DNA from: a virus
Taxonomy: Duplodnaviria > Caudoviricetes
Reading direction: 5' to 3' (one strand)
DNA length: 64,000 nucleotides
Virus record (IMG/VR): IMGVR_UViG_3300032226_000829
The notes below the pieces were generated by a model. The model was not told where the DNA came from. It ran no database searches and was given only the letters and a program-made list of their open reading frames with translations. The stretch's first letter is position 1. Each line of letters begins with the position of its first letter. Both the position numbers and the translations under genes were made by a program. This document shows positions 17,461-26,337 of the stretch, one piece after another.

Positions 17461-19806
17461 ATGAATTCTTCTAAGATCAAAGTTAAAAAGCGAACAGGCG
17501 AACTAGAACCACTTGATATCAATAAAATGCATTTTGTAGTGGAAGAGGCTTGCGAAGGATTATCAGGAGTTTCAGCATCACAAATAGAAATGCATGCCAA
17601 CATACAATTTTATGATGGCATCAGCACCAGAGACATACAAAGTGTGTTGGTCAAATCAGCCAACGACTTGATCACATTGGAAAATCCCAACTATCAATAT
17701 GCCGCAGCAAGATTGCTGCTGTATGATCTAAGAAAACAAGCACATGGTGATTATGAATATCTACCATTGTTAAAACTGATCATTAGAAATATTAGATCCG
17801 GAGTGTATGACAAAACCATATTGGACAAATACAACAAGACTGAAATTAAAAAACTCAACACTTGGATACGCAGAGATAGAGATTTAGATTTTACCTATGC
17901 AGGACTGAGACAGATTGTGGACAAATATTTGGTGCAAGATCGTTCATCAGGCACACTGTACGAAACACCACAAGACATGTACATGATGATTGCTGCCACA
18001 CTGTTTATGAACTATCCTGAAAAGAAAAGAATGCAATATATTAAAAAATATTATGATGCTATATCAACACACAAAATTAATATTCCAACACCAGTGATGG
18101 CAGGTGTGCGAACTCCCATTCGTCAGTTTGCCAGTTGTGTACTGGTTGACAGCGACGACACTCTTTCTAGTATTTTCAGCAGTGACATGGCCATTGGATT
18201 GTATGTGGCAAGACGTGCGGGCATTGGTATCAATGCTGGCAGGATCAGAGGCATCAACTCAAAAATAAGAGGTGGTGAAGTACAGCACACAGGAGTGATT
18301 CCATTCCTTAAGAAATTTGAAAGCACAGTGAGATGTTGCACACAGAATGGCGTGAGAGGTGGCAATGCCACTGTACACTTCCCCATATGGCACTCCGAGA
18401 TTGAAGACATACTGGTATTGAAAAATAACAAAGGCACTGAGGACAATCGAGTGCGAAGACTGGATTACAGCATACAGATTTCTAAATTGTTCTATGAAAG
18501 ATTCATCAACAGTGAAGATATCACACTGTTTTCTCCACACGAAGTGCCTGGATTGTATGATGCATTTGGCACAGAGTCATTTGATGACTTGTATCTAAAA
18601 TATGAAATGGATAAAAAAATTCCTAAAAAAACCATTGCAGCACAAGAACTATTTTTTGATCTATTAAAAGAGCGAGCAGAAACAGGCAGAATCTACATAA
18701 TGAATTTGGATCATTGTAATTCACATTCTTCATTCAAAGACAAAGTATCCATGAGTAATCTATGTCAAGAAATTACATTGCCCACCACTCCTATCAATCA
18801 CATTGATGATGAAAAGGGCGAAATAGCATTGTGCATACTGAGTGCTATCAATGTGGGTATAATTAATGATTTGGATGAATTGGAACCTCTGTGTGATCTA
18901 GCAGTGAGAGCATTGGAAGAAATTATAGACTATCAACAGTATCCCGTGAAAGCCGCAGAAGTATCCACCAAAGCAAGACGTTCACTGGGCATAGGCTATA
19001 TTGGATTGGCACACTATCTTGCCAAACAGGAAGTAAAATATCATCACAAAGCCGCATGGGAGGCAGTGGACAAACTCACCGAAGCATTTCAATTTTATCT
19101 ATTAAAAGCCAGCAATCAATTGGCACAAGAACGAGGTGCTTGTTCTTTGTTCAACAGAACCAAATACTCAGATGGATTACTGCCCATAGACACTTACAAA
19201 AAAGAAGTGGATGAGATCGTGCCACACAAAACAAGAATGGCATGGGAATCATTGAGAAAAGACATCAAACAGTATGGATTAAGACACAGCACACTGTCAG
19301 CACAGATGCCCAGTGAAAGTTCTTCTGTGGTGAGCAATGCTACCAACGGTATTGAACCACCCCGAGCATTGTTGAGCATTAAAAAAAGTAAAAAAGGACC
19401 ACTCAAACAGGTGATACCAGGCTTTCCAAAATTAAAAAATTCATACACATTACTTTGGGACATGCCCAGCAATGATGGATATATCAAAGTTGTTGCCATG
19501 ATGCAAAAGTATTTTGATCAAGCCATATCAGGCAATTGGAGTTACAATCCACTCAACTATGACAACAATGAAGTGCCGCTGAGTGTGATGGCCAGTGACA
19601 TGTTGAATGCTTACAAGTATGGATGGAAAACTTCCTACTATCAAAACACATTTGACTTCAAAGGCGACGAAGAAGATCTGCAACCATCCGGCATTGACCC
19701 TGTAGACACCAAGGATGGATCAGAAGACTTGACATTGCCAGAAAAAGGCGCTAAAGTAAGCACAGCACCCACAGACGAAGCTGACTGTGATGCTTGTGCG
19801 ATATAA
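17461..19806 (+). CDS. nrdA: Ribonucleotide reductase class Ia alpha subunit
   Basis: N-terminal ATP cone (IKVKKRTG), PTPVMAG, SCVL, SNLCQEI, PSESSS, C-terminal CDAC. Confidence 0.97.
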   Translation: MNSSKIKVKKRTGELEPLDINKMHFVVEEACEGLSGVSASQIEMHANIQFYDGISTRDIQSVLVKSANDLITLENPNYQYAAARLLLYDLRKQAHGDYEYLPLLKLIIRNIRSGVYDKTILDKYNKTEIKKLNTWIRRDRDLDFTYAGLRQIVDKYLVQDRSSGTLYETPQDMYMMIAATLFMNYPEKKRMQYIKKYYDAISTHKINIPTPVMAGVRTPIRQFASCVLVDSDDTLSSIFSSDMAIGLYVARRAGIGINAGRIRGINSKIRGGEVQHTGVIPFLKKFESTVRCCTQNGVRGGNATVHFPIWHSEIEDILVLKNNKGTEDNRVRRLDYSIQISKLFYERFINSEDITLFSPHEVPGLYDAFGTESFDDLYLKYEMDKKIPKKTIAAQELFFDLLKERAETGRIYIMNLDHCNSHSSFKDKVSMSNLCQEITLPTTPINHIDDEKGEIALCILSAINVGIINDLDELEPLCDLAVRALEEIIDYQQYPVKAAEVSTKARRSLGIGYIGLAHYLAKQEVKYHHKAAWEAVDKLTEAFQFYLLKASNQLAQERGACSLFNRTKYSDGLLPIDTYKKEVDEIVPHKTRMAWESLRKDIKQYGLRHSTLSAQMPSESSSVVSNATNGIEPPRALLSIKKSKKGPLKQVIPGFPKLKNSYTLLWDMPSNDGYIKVVAMMQKYFDQAISGNWSYNPLNYDNNEVPLSVMASDMLNAYKYGWKTSYYQNTFDFKGDEEDLQPSGIDPVDTKDGSEDLTLPEKGAKVSTAPTDEADCDACAI

Positions 19807-19808
19807 AT

Positions 19809-20030
19809 ATGGAACAGAATAATAATATGTATAGAAGCAGTGACGATAAGTTTTTTGCTGGAGTTTGTGCTGGATTGGCACATAAAATGGGCTTGAGCAA
19901 AATAGGATTGCGAATTGCATTTGCTTTGGGCACATTATTTTTTTGGTTACCACTGATAGTTTATATCGTGTGTTGGATGATTTTTCCAGAACGTCCCACT
20001 CACAACAATAAAAAAATATTAAAAGGATAA
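19809..20030 (+). CDS. pspC: PspC-domain membrane protein
   Basis: MYRSSDDKFFAGVCAGLAHKMG...LRIAFAL...LIVYIVCWMIFP. Confidence 0.85.
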   Translation: MEQNNNMYRSSDDKFFAGVCAGLAHKMGLSKIGLRIAFALGTLFFWLPLIVYIVCWMIFPERPTHNNKKILKG

Positions 20031-20031
20031 T

Positions 20032-21132
20032 ATGAGTAAAACAATTTTCAATAGAAATGAAGTGGATTGGAACAAAGAACCCATGTTCTTTGGAGAAGAT
20101 TTATCTGTGCAAAGATACGATATATTCAAATATCCACAGTTTGACAAATTAAATCAAACCATGCTGGGCTACTTCTGGAGACCTGAAGAAGTATCATTGC
20201 AAAAAGATAGATCAGATTTTGCTGGGTTCAGACCAGAACAAAAACACATATTCACTTCAAATTTAAAATATCAAACACTGTTGGATTCTGTGCAAGGCAG
20301 AGGACCCAGTTTGAATTTCTTACCTTATTGTTCTAATCCAGAACTGGAAGGTTGCATTGTGACTTGGGATTTCTTTGAAACCATACATTCGCGAGCTTAT
20401 ACACACATCATGAAGAATGTTTATTCAGATCCATCAGAAGTGTTTGACACCATATTGAACGACAAAGAGATCACTAAGCGAGCTGTGAGTGTGACAGAGA
20501 ACTATGACAAGTTTGGCGAACTGGCACTGCAGTACACTGTGAACAACAAAGGCAGTGTGGAAGAATTAAAAAGACAATTGTATTTGGCCATGGTGAATGT
20601 GAATCTGTTGGAAGGTTTAAGATTCTATGTGTCATTTGCTTGTACATTTGCATTTGGAGAATTAAAACTGATGGAAGGCTCTGCCAAGATACTTTCATTG
20701 ATTGCTAGAGACGAAGCCACACATTTGAATCTGACCACACACGTGATCAAAGCATGGCAAAAAGGTGACGACAAAGACATTCTAAAAATAATCAAACAAG
20801 AAGACAAAACTGTGATTGAGATGTTTAAAAAATGCGTGGAAGAAGAAAAGGCTTGGGCAAGACACTTGTTCCGAGATGGTTCTATCATAGGTTTAAATGA
20901 AAGATTACTGGGACAATATGTAGAACACATTGCCAACAAAAGATTAAAAGCATTGGGATTTGATCCAGAATTTGATACACCAGCCACTCAAAATCCTCTA
21001 CCTTGGACCTCACATTGGTTGAGCAGCAGAGGTGAACAGATAGCTCCACAAGAAACAGAAATAACTTCTTACATAGTGGGCGGTATCAAACAAGATATCA
21101 AAAAAGAGACGTTCTCCAAATTCAAGCTGTAA
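20032..21132 (+). CDS. nrdB: Ribonucleotide reductase class Ia beta subunit
   Basis: FWRPEEVSL, LDSVQGR, ETIHSRAY, EGLRFYVSF, RDEATH, APQETEITSY. Confidence 0.97.
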   Translation: MSKTIFNRNEVDWNKEPMFFGEDLSVQRYDIFKYPQFDKLNQTMLGYFWRPEEVSLQKDRSDFAGFRPEQKHIFTSNLKYQTLLDSVQGRGPSLNFLPYCSNPELEGCIVTWDFFETIHSRAYTHIMKNVYSDPSEVFDTILNDKEITKRAVSVTENYDKFGELALQYTVNNKGSVEELKRQLYLAMVNVNLLEGLRFYVSFACTFAFGELKLMEGSAKILSLIARDEATHLNLTTHVIKAWQKGDDKDILKIIKQEDKTVIEMFKKCVEEEKAWARHLFRDGSIIGLNERLLGQYVEHIANKRLKALGFDPEFDTPATQNPLPWTSHWLSSRGEQIAPQETEITSYIVGGIKQDIKKETFSKFKL

Positions 21133-21152
21133 TTAGAACACGAAAGTTACTG

Positions 21153-21554
21153 ATGATTTCAGACACTGTACTGCCTGTTGTTGGTGATGTTCGCTTGTTG
21201 GAAATTCAAAAATTATTGAAATGCCATCACACAGAATTTCTCACAGTGGAAAATCATCCTGCATCACACACAACACAATGTCACCAAAATGTCGCAGAAC
21301 ACATTCAACGTCACCAAGGCACAGCACAGTTGGGTTATAATATTATGTTTTCAGAAAACTCAACCAAATGGACTGCCATTCAACACTGTGTATGGCGTGA
21401 CAATCAGCAACAATTACATGATATTACTCCTGTGAAATCCACTCAATTGAATTCACATTGTTTCATATGGGGCAACACTGCCAAATTATTTCATAATGTA
21501 TTTTTTGATACTGTAACGATAAATTACAACTATCCTATTCAAAGACTTCGTTGA
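21153..21554 (+). CDS. Hypothetical protein
   Basis: 133-aa ORF between nrdB and grx. Confidence 0.55.
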   Translation: MISDTVLPVVGDVRLLEIQKLLKCHHTEFLTVENHPASHTTQCHQNVAEHIQRHQGTAQLGYNIMFSENSTKWTAIQHCVWRDNQQQLHDITPVKSTQLNSHCFIWGNTAKLFHNVFFDTVTINYNYPIQRLR

Positions 21555-21580
21555 CACGGCACCGTTAAATAGTGTATAAT
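21551..21580 (+). promoter_or_regulatory. sigma70-type promoter with extended -10
   Basis: TTGACA-N18-TATAAT with TG; 6 nt before ATG 21587. Confidence 0.7.
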
Positions 21581-21586
21581 ACAAGC

Positions 21587-21832
21587 ATGTCAGAATCAAA
21601 CAAAACCATAGTGTGGAGCAAGGTCACTTGTCCTTTTTGCGACATGGCCAAAACACTGTTAAAAAACAAAGGCATTGCGTTTGAAGAAAGAATGATAGGT
21701 GTGGAGTGGACCAGAGAACAACTGCTGGAATCAATACCACAGGCAAGAACAGTGCCACAAATTATATTGAATGGTGAATACATTGGTGGGTACGATCAAC
21801 TCCGAGCATATTTTAATCAAGGAAAAAAATGA
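21587..21832 (+). CDS. grx: Glutaredoxin
   Basis: CPFC active site, TVPQI, IGGYD. Confidence 0.92.
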   Translation: MSESNKTIVWSKVTCPFCDMAKTLLKNKGIAFEERMIGVEWTREQLLESIPQARTVPQIILNGEYIGGYDQLRAYFNQGKK

Positions 21833-22116
21833 ATAGTTTCATGAAGGAAGTGAACAACACAGATGTGTTCACAATCAAACTCAACAGCAAAGAAGAATTG
21901 GTAACCAGGATCATAGAACACAACGAAACTGAAGTGTGTGTTCGCAATCCCATGTGCATGGTGCAGACACAGTCAGGCATAGGCATGCAGCCTTGGGCAC
22001 TCACAGCGACATTGCAGGAACAATGGATAAATGTGCAACACATTCTGACCATAGTGAGAACCAACAAAGAGATAGCCAGCAGTTACATGCAGAGCACCAC
22101 AGGATTGACCATATGA
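21829..22116 (+). CDS. Hypothetical protein (Sm-like beta fold possible)
   Basis: 95 aa; TIKLNSKEELV pattern. Confidence 0.65.
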   Translation: MNSFMKEVNNTDVFTIKLNSKEELVTRIIEHNETEVCVRNPMCMVQTQSGIGMQPWALTATLQEQWINVQHILTIVRTNKEIASSYMQSTTGLTI

Positions 22117-22691
22117 GCAAAAGATTGATACTGTGTGATGTGGATGGAGTGCTGTTCCATTGGGAGGTTGCTTTTGATCGTTGGATGATGCGTCAAGGTT
22201 ATCAAAAACAGAAAGAAAACAGCTACAAGGTGGAAGAACACTATGGCTTGGACAAAGCTTCTTGCACACTGTTGATACAGATATTCAATGAGAGTGCTGC
22301 CATGAGATATCTCACTCCCATAGATGGTGCCAACAATTACATGATAAAATTGCACGAAGATGGCTACAAAATAAAATTAATCACCAGCCAAACATTGGAA
22401 CCCATGGCTCATGTGGCTCGTCAAGATAATCTACGTGACAATTTTGGCAACATATTTGATAATGTTATTTTTTTAGACACCGGCAGTGACAAAGATGAAA
22501 TATTGAGTCAAATGCCCAAAGGCAGTTTTTGGATAGAAGATAAACCAGAAAATGCTCTCGCAGGGGTAGAAGCAGGCATGGTGAGCATACTGTTCACACA
22601 GCCACACAATAAAGATTTCAAACACAAGGATGTGACCAGATGTGACACGTGGAAGGACATATATCAGTTCATTTCCACATACCAAAATTAA
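22113..22691 (+). CDS. HAD-superfamily 5'(3')-deoxyribonucleotidase-like protein
   Basis: LCDVDGVL (motif I), LITS (II), K..., WIEDKPEN (IV); start at 22113 rather than 21936. Confidence 0.85.
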   Translation: MSKRLILCDVDGVLFHWEVAFDRWMMRQGYQKQKENSYKVEEHYGLDKASCTLLIQIFNESAAMRYLTPIDGANNYMIKLHEDGYKIKLITSQTLEPMAHVARQDNLRDNFGNIFDNVIFLDTGSDKDEILSQMPKGSFWIEDKPENALAGVEAGMVSILFTQPHNKDFKHKDVTRCDTWKDIYQFISTYQN

Positions 22692-22792
22692 TATTTGGCA
22701 AACAATCTGATTGATTTGAATCAAACAAACCGATATACTAATGAGGAGTTTAACAAACTCATTATGATATCATAACAAAAAGGAGAAACATA

Positions 22793-22969
22793 ATGGCTAC
22801 ACACGATGAAATAGTTCAAGCATTTGAATCGTACAAGATCGAGTCTGAAGCTTTTGAAACCAAAGGCGTAAAGGCAGCGGCTGCTAGAGCAAGAAAAGCT
22901 CTAGGAATTCTTGGTAAAGCTTCTAAAGCAAGAAGAAAAGAAATCCAAGAAAAAAAGAACGGAATGTAA
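22793..22969 (+). CDS. Histone H1-like (Hc1-family) small basic protein (not in ORF track)
   Basis: 58 aa MATHDEIVQAFESYKIESEAFETKGVKAAAARARKAL...ARRKEIQEKK; strong RBS aaaaggagaaacata-ATG. Confidence 0.7.
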   Translation: MATHDEIVQAFESYKIESEAFETKGVKAAAARARKALGILGKASKARRKEIQEKKNGM

Positions 22970-22977
22970 TTCGACCA

Positions 22978-23004
22978 GATAGGGCTCCTTAAAAGAGCCC
23001 TATC
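22978..23004 (+). terminator. 10-bp perfect stem-loop after the Hc1-like gene
   Basis: GATAGGGCTC-cttaaaa-GAGCCCTATC; no clear U-tract. Confidence 0.55.
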
Positions 23005-23075
23005 ACACACTTTCCACCCAGTTATATAGAATTTCACATAAATAAACTCATAACAACAATAAAATAAAAAGTATA

Positions 23076-23279
23076 ATGAATCAAGGTAAAGTTAAGTGGT
23101 ACAATGCCGCTAAAGGTTACGGTTTTATCACTCCAGACGATGGCAGCAAAGATGTGTTCGTACACGCATCTGCTCTTAGAAGTGCCCAGTTGGAAGTGAT
23201 CACAGAAGGTCAAGCAATCAGTTATGAATTGATTGAATCTCGTGGAAGAACCGCTGCTGGCAATCTCAGACTGATATAA
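23076..23279 (+). CDS. cspA: Cold-shock protein
   Basis: GKVKWYNAAKGYGFI, DVFVHASAL. Confidence 0.95.
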   Translation: MNQGKVKWYNAAKGYGFITPDDGSKDVFVHASALRSAQLEVITEGQAISYELIESRGRTAAGNLRLI

Positions 23280-23326
23280 TCCATACATAGATCCAAAATC
23301 TACCCGTGGCACAACAGAATCATCTA

Positions 23327-23356
23327 TTGACAATCATCACAGAATATGTTTAAATA
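23327..23356 (+). promoter_or_regulatory. tmRNA promoter
   Basis: TTGACA-N17-TTAAAT, overlapping a TAAATA motif. Confidence 0.6.
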
Positions 23357-23541
23357 CTGACGTAGGCGATGAAGTGATTGTAATAATCATATAGGACTCG
23401 GCTCGATGCCGACACCTCCACCAAATTCGCTCACGCGAAACATAATATGTTATGCTTCACGGGGGTGAAATGTTTCGACTAGTGATGAAAAGATCATGGA
23501 GTTTACCAGTGAGGGCTCTGTAAAGGCTCAACATTACAAAT

Positions 23542-23616
23542 GCTAACAAGCGTTTCGTATCAGAAGTAACAATCCCTGCTAACTTTTTAGTTGGCTCGGA
23601 ATTGATGGCAGCCTAA
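23542..23616 (+). other. tmRNA tag reading frame ANKRFVSEVTIPANFLVGSELMAA*
   Basis: Resume context acaaat-GCT-AAC; C-terminal AA degron followed by TAA. Confidence 0.8.
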
Positions 23617-23667
23617 AAACCTGCTACTTCGGAGAGTGATCACACTTGGCAACAGAACGTGATCAGT

Positions 23668-23687
23668 GGTGGGAGGCAACTCCCACC
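23668..23687 (+). terminator. GCAA-tetraloop hairpin closing the tmRNA coding piece
   Basis: GGTGGGAG-gcaa-CTCCCACC. Confidence 0.7.
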
Positions 23688-23774
23688 GTTAAATTATCCA
23701 CAAAACCCGCACAAAATAACAATTCTTAGAGCCTTGACAATGGATAATTAATAGTTTAACATTGTATTAACTTT

Positions 23775-24473
23775 ATGAATTTTATAACTTTTAAAACAAG
23801 AGCTAAAATTTGGTCATTCAGATTTTGGCGTTGGTGTAAACAGTACAAAAAGGAATTGAGCATTGCAGGTCTGATGCTGGCATCATTCTATTTGGGCACA
23901 TGGTATCCTAATAATAATGTGCAGAAACAAATCACCACTGGTCCCATAGAAGAATTACGCAAAACAGCCAAAAGTTTAGGCTTGGCAGAACCCATGATGA
24001 ACTATCACAATCAAAGCACATTTATTAGTGCTGTGAGCAAATGTATAGATTATGTGGAATTTGGTTTGCCCAGAGATCAGCACATACCCAAAGCCATCAT
24101 AATTGCCATGGCCATGATGGAATCAGACAATGGCAGCAGTAGGTTTGCATTGGAAGGCAACAATCTATTTGGAATAAGAACTTGGGATCCTAATCAACCT
24201 CAGATGAAAGCATACTATCAATTGAATGCCAAGTGGGGTCTTAAAAAATACAGAACCAAGTGTGCCGCAGTGCAAGACATGATGAACATATTGAACACCA
24301 AAGATGTACACAAAGATTTTAGATATGAAAGAAATCGTCAGATGAGTAAAAAGAATCCTGACGTGTTCAAAATAGTGGACAAGTTGGACAAGTGGGCCAC
24401 AAATCCTAATTATAGAGAAGGTATCAAACAAATAATTCAGGATAATTTGCAGAGTTATTTAGAAAATCCTTAA
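23775..24473 (+). CDS. Glucosaminidase (GH73/Bax-like) cell-wall hydrolase with N-terminal membrane anchor
   Basis: AMAMMESDNGSSRFALEGNNLFGIRT, WATNPNY; hydrophobic segment at residues ~27-42. Confidence 0.8.
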   Translation: MNFITFKTRAKIWSFRFWRWCKQYKKELSIAGLMLASFYLGTWYPNNNVQKQITTGPIEELRKTAKSLGLAEPMMNYHNQSTFISAVSKCIDYVEFGLPRDQHIPKAIIIAMAMMESDNGSSRFALEGNNLFGIRTWDPNQPQMKAYYQLNAKWGLKKYRTKCAAVQDMMNILNTKDVHKDFRYERNRQMSKKNPDVFKIVDKLDKWATNPNYREGIKQIIQDNLQSYLENP

Positions 24474-24620
24474 AATACTATGCCAGCTTTGACACTGGCA
24501 CAATATTCATTTTTTGTTGGATGATTTGGATTTAACAATCCATTCTTTTTTCAACAGCAACACTGTGCTGTTGGAACATTTTGCTCTCTCGCTGCCTTTG
24601 AACCATCCAAACATAAAATA

Positions 24621-24734
24621 TTATTTTTTCTTTTTGAACCAGTTCAGCGGATTGATTTTTTCGCCGAAGTTTTCAACTTTTTCATTCACAAACCAACCGG
24701 CTGCGAATCCTATGATGAAAGTGATTGTAAGCAT
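24621..24734 (-). CDS. 37-aa membrane peptide (MLTITFIIGFAAGWFVNEK...)
   Basis: RBS caggagaaagtt-ATG; TAAATA upstream. Confidence 0.6.
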   Translation of the reverse strand: MLTITFIIGFAAGWFVNEKVENFGEKINPLNWFKKKK

Positions 24735-24780
24735 AACTTTCTCCTGTTGTTGAGCTTGTATTTATGCTATTTTTACTCAC

Positions 24781-24809
24781 TTGACATAAAAATGTAAATA
24801 ACATATAAT
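24781..24809 (+). promoter_or_regulatory. Consensus sigma70-type promoter, leaderless
   Basis: TTGACA-N17-TATAAT, 6 nt before ATG 24816. Confidence 0.8.
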
Positions 24810-24815
24810 ATAGGG

Positions 24816-25169
24816 ATGGCATTTATTATGATACCTTTGGGCAAACGCATCAAACAAAAACTGGCTAAAACCAAAAGATTGGCTCGTGCAAAAGCAGAGC
24901 ATCATGCTTGGTTGAAGTCACAGAACCTCACTCCAGCAGAGCTGAAGAAGCGAAACCAGGGTTCTCCCGTGCCTTTTCCAGAATACAAGACCACACGGGA
25001 TATGCCCAAGACGTCGGACAAGATAGTCAAGGTCAGCGGCCGTGCAGAACAACAGCACTATTCAGGTGAACGTAAATTGTTGGGTATTGGTATGTTGCAC
25101 AAGAGCAACCTCGTGCCGGTGTTTGATCAGCAGGATGCCATTGACATTTCCAAAATGAGAAGAAATTAA
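24816..25169 (+). CDS. Basic hypothetical protein
   Basis: 117 aa; IGMLHKSNLVPVF motif. Confidence 0.7.
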   Translation: MAFIMIPLGKRIKQKLAKTKRLARAKAEHHAWLKSQNLTPAELKKRNQGSPVPFPEYKTTRDMPKTSDKIVKVSGRAEQQHYSGERKLLGIGMLHKSNLVPVFDQQDAIDISKMRRN

Positions 25170-25171
25170 AT

Positions 25172-25423
25172 TTAGATACTTGGATTGAGCTGTTCTAAGA
25201 ATTCTTGTTCTTGTTGCAATAACCCATTGGTCATGTTTATTATTTCTTTTTCATCAAAACAATAGGTGCTGCCAGAACTGTCAGGGAAATTTTTTCTTAT
25301 TTTTTCCACCACAGTTTCAGAATATTTACTACAATCTTCTCTGGATGTGAATTCAGGTTCTGTGACCATATAATTTTCACATTGCCCCCACATACAAATC
25401 ACCACCACTAAGAAAAACTTCAT
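25172..25423 (-). CDS. Small secreted protein with Cys pairs
   Basis: MKFFLVVVICMWGQC... signal-like N-terminus; start at 25423 preferred. Confidence 0.6.
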   Translation of the reverse strand: MKFFLVVVICMWGQCENYMVTEPEFTSREDCSKYSETVVEKIRKNFPDSSGSTYCFDEKEIINMTNGLLQQEQEFLEQLNPSI

Positions 25424-25491
25424 AAAAATACTTAACCTTTGATTTATAAAAATTTTATGGTTGTTTAATGATTTGTGCAGAGCTGTGTTGT

Positions 25492-25803
25492 TTACAGTGC
25501 TGGTTCGTCCTGTTTGGATGGCTTGCTCGCTGCCACAGTGGTAGTGGTAGCAATCTTTTCTTGTGATCTGCCATATGCTGATAGTCCCAGTACTGCTCCC
25601 ATGGCAATGTGAAAGAAACCAGCACCTTGCAATGTTAAAGGACTCCATTGAGTGAACACAATCGTTTTTAAATAAGTGGCCTGAGCTAGGTTCCATAATA
25701 TAGGAAATATCACAAAATCAAAAGCACAGATTCCCATGTACAACCAACCCATAGCTGGTCTCCATCGTTTCTGCATCCAATCTTCTTTTTTGATTTCACT
25801 CAT
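25492..25803 (-). CDS. Holin-like membrane protein (3TM/GTA-holin type)
   Basis: WMQKRWRPAMGWLY, FHIAMGAVLGLSAYGRSQEK. Confidence 0.6.
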   Translation of the reverse strand: MSEIKKEDWMQKRWRPAMGWLYMGICAFDFVIFPILWNLAQATYLKTIVFTQWSPLTLQGAGFFHIAMGAVLGLSAYGRSQEKIATTTTVAASKPSKQDEPAL

Positions 25804-25855
25804 ATGTTTTATTATGTACTACTATATTTACATCAGATTGACAGGAATTAAACTA

Positions 25856-26179
25856 CTACTTATTGATTTTTTTTCTGTAGAATTTTTCTATGACTTCTTT
25901 GCAGGCATCATGCCAGTATATACCACAATCACGCAATCTTTCATTGGCTCTGCGTAGTTTTTCCAGCTTATTCACTAAAGTTTTATTTTGTGCTGTGGTA
26001 AGACGTTTGGTGGTGTTGCTGAGTGTGTCCAGACGCTGAATCACATCATCTATGGCAGGGCAGGTGATATCGGGCACTCTGGGTGCTTTTTTTCTCACTG
26101 ATTTCCAGATGGATAGGTATTTGGGTGTTCTTTTTTTGTACATGTCACCTCTCGATGTTTTATTTAAAGTTTCGGCCAC
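25856..26179 (-). CDS. Hypothetical protein
   Basis: 107 aa; PDITCPAID...LEKLRRANERLR. Confidence 0.6.
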   Translation of the reverse strand: MAETLNKTSRGDMYKKRTPKYLSIWKSVRKKAPRVPDITCPAIDDVIQRLDTLSNTTKRLTTAQNKTLVNKLEKLRRANERLRDCGIYWHDACKEVIEKFYRKKINK

Positions 26180-26337
26180 TGCCAGTTAAATGTTGTTATA
26201 AAACATTTTGGTTACATTGGCAATAAAAAGTCAATGATTACGCCATTTTTGTTTTGGCATTAGTGATTGACTTTGACTCCAGCTTCACATATAATGAACA
26301 CATGAGTAAAAATACTACAAATAATAAAGGAGGCAAA

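Larger units (their letters stand above)
23361..23690 (+). ncRNA. ssrA: Circularly permuted two-piece tmRNA
   Basis: Acceptor piece ends T-arm-CACCTCC-A-CCA (23413-23423); 37-nt intervening segment; coding piece starts GGGGGTG (23461) pairing 7/7 with a G3.U70 alanine determinant, then GAAATGTTTCGAC; tag ORF ends ...MAA*. Outer ends approximate. Confidence 0.92.

Noticed and set aside
17461-21132. Intron, intein or homing endonuclease in nrdAB
   Set aside because: Both ORFs are continuous and of normal length; the intervening ORF is PspC-like, not a nuclease.
21936-22112. N-terminal extension of the HAD hydrolase given in the ORF track (also 41438, 61885, 10200, 27198 starts)
   Set aside because: The extensions overlap upstream genes; downstream ATGs fit the motif positions, overlaps and RBS/promoter signals better.
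23391-23423. Stand-alone tRNA gene (T-arm plus CCA)
   Set aside because: No D or anticodon arm upstream; the matching 5' acceptor strand lies downstream at 23461, as in permuted tmRNA.
24506-24614. Small minus-strand ORF MFGWFKGSERAK...
   Set aside because: About 35 codons with no clear RBS or recognisable features; insufficient support.
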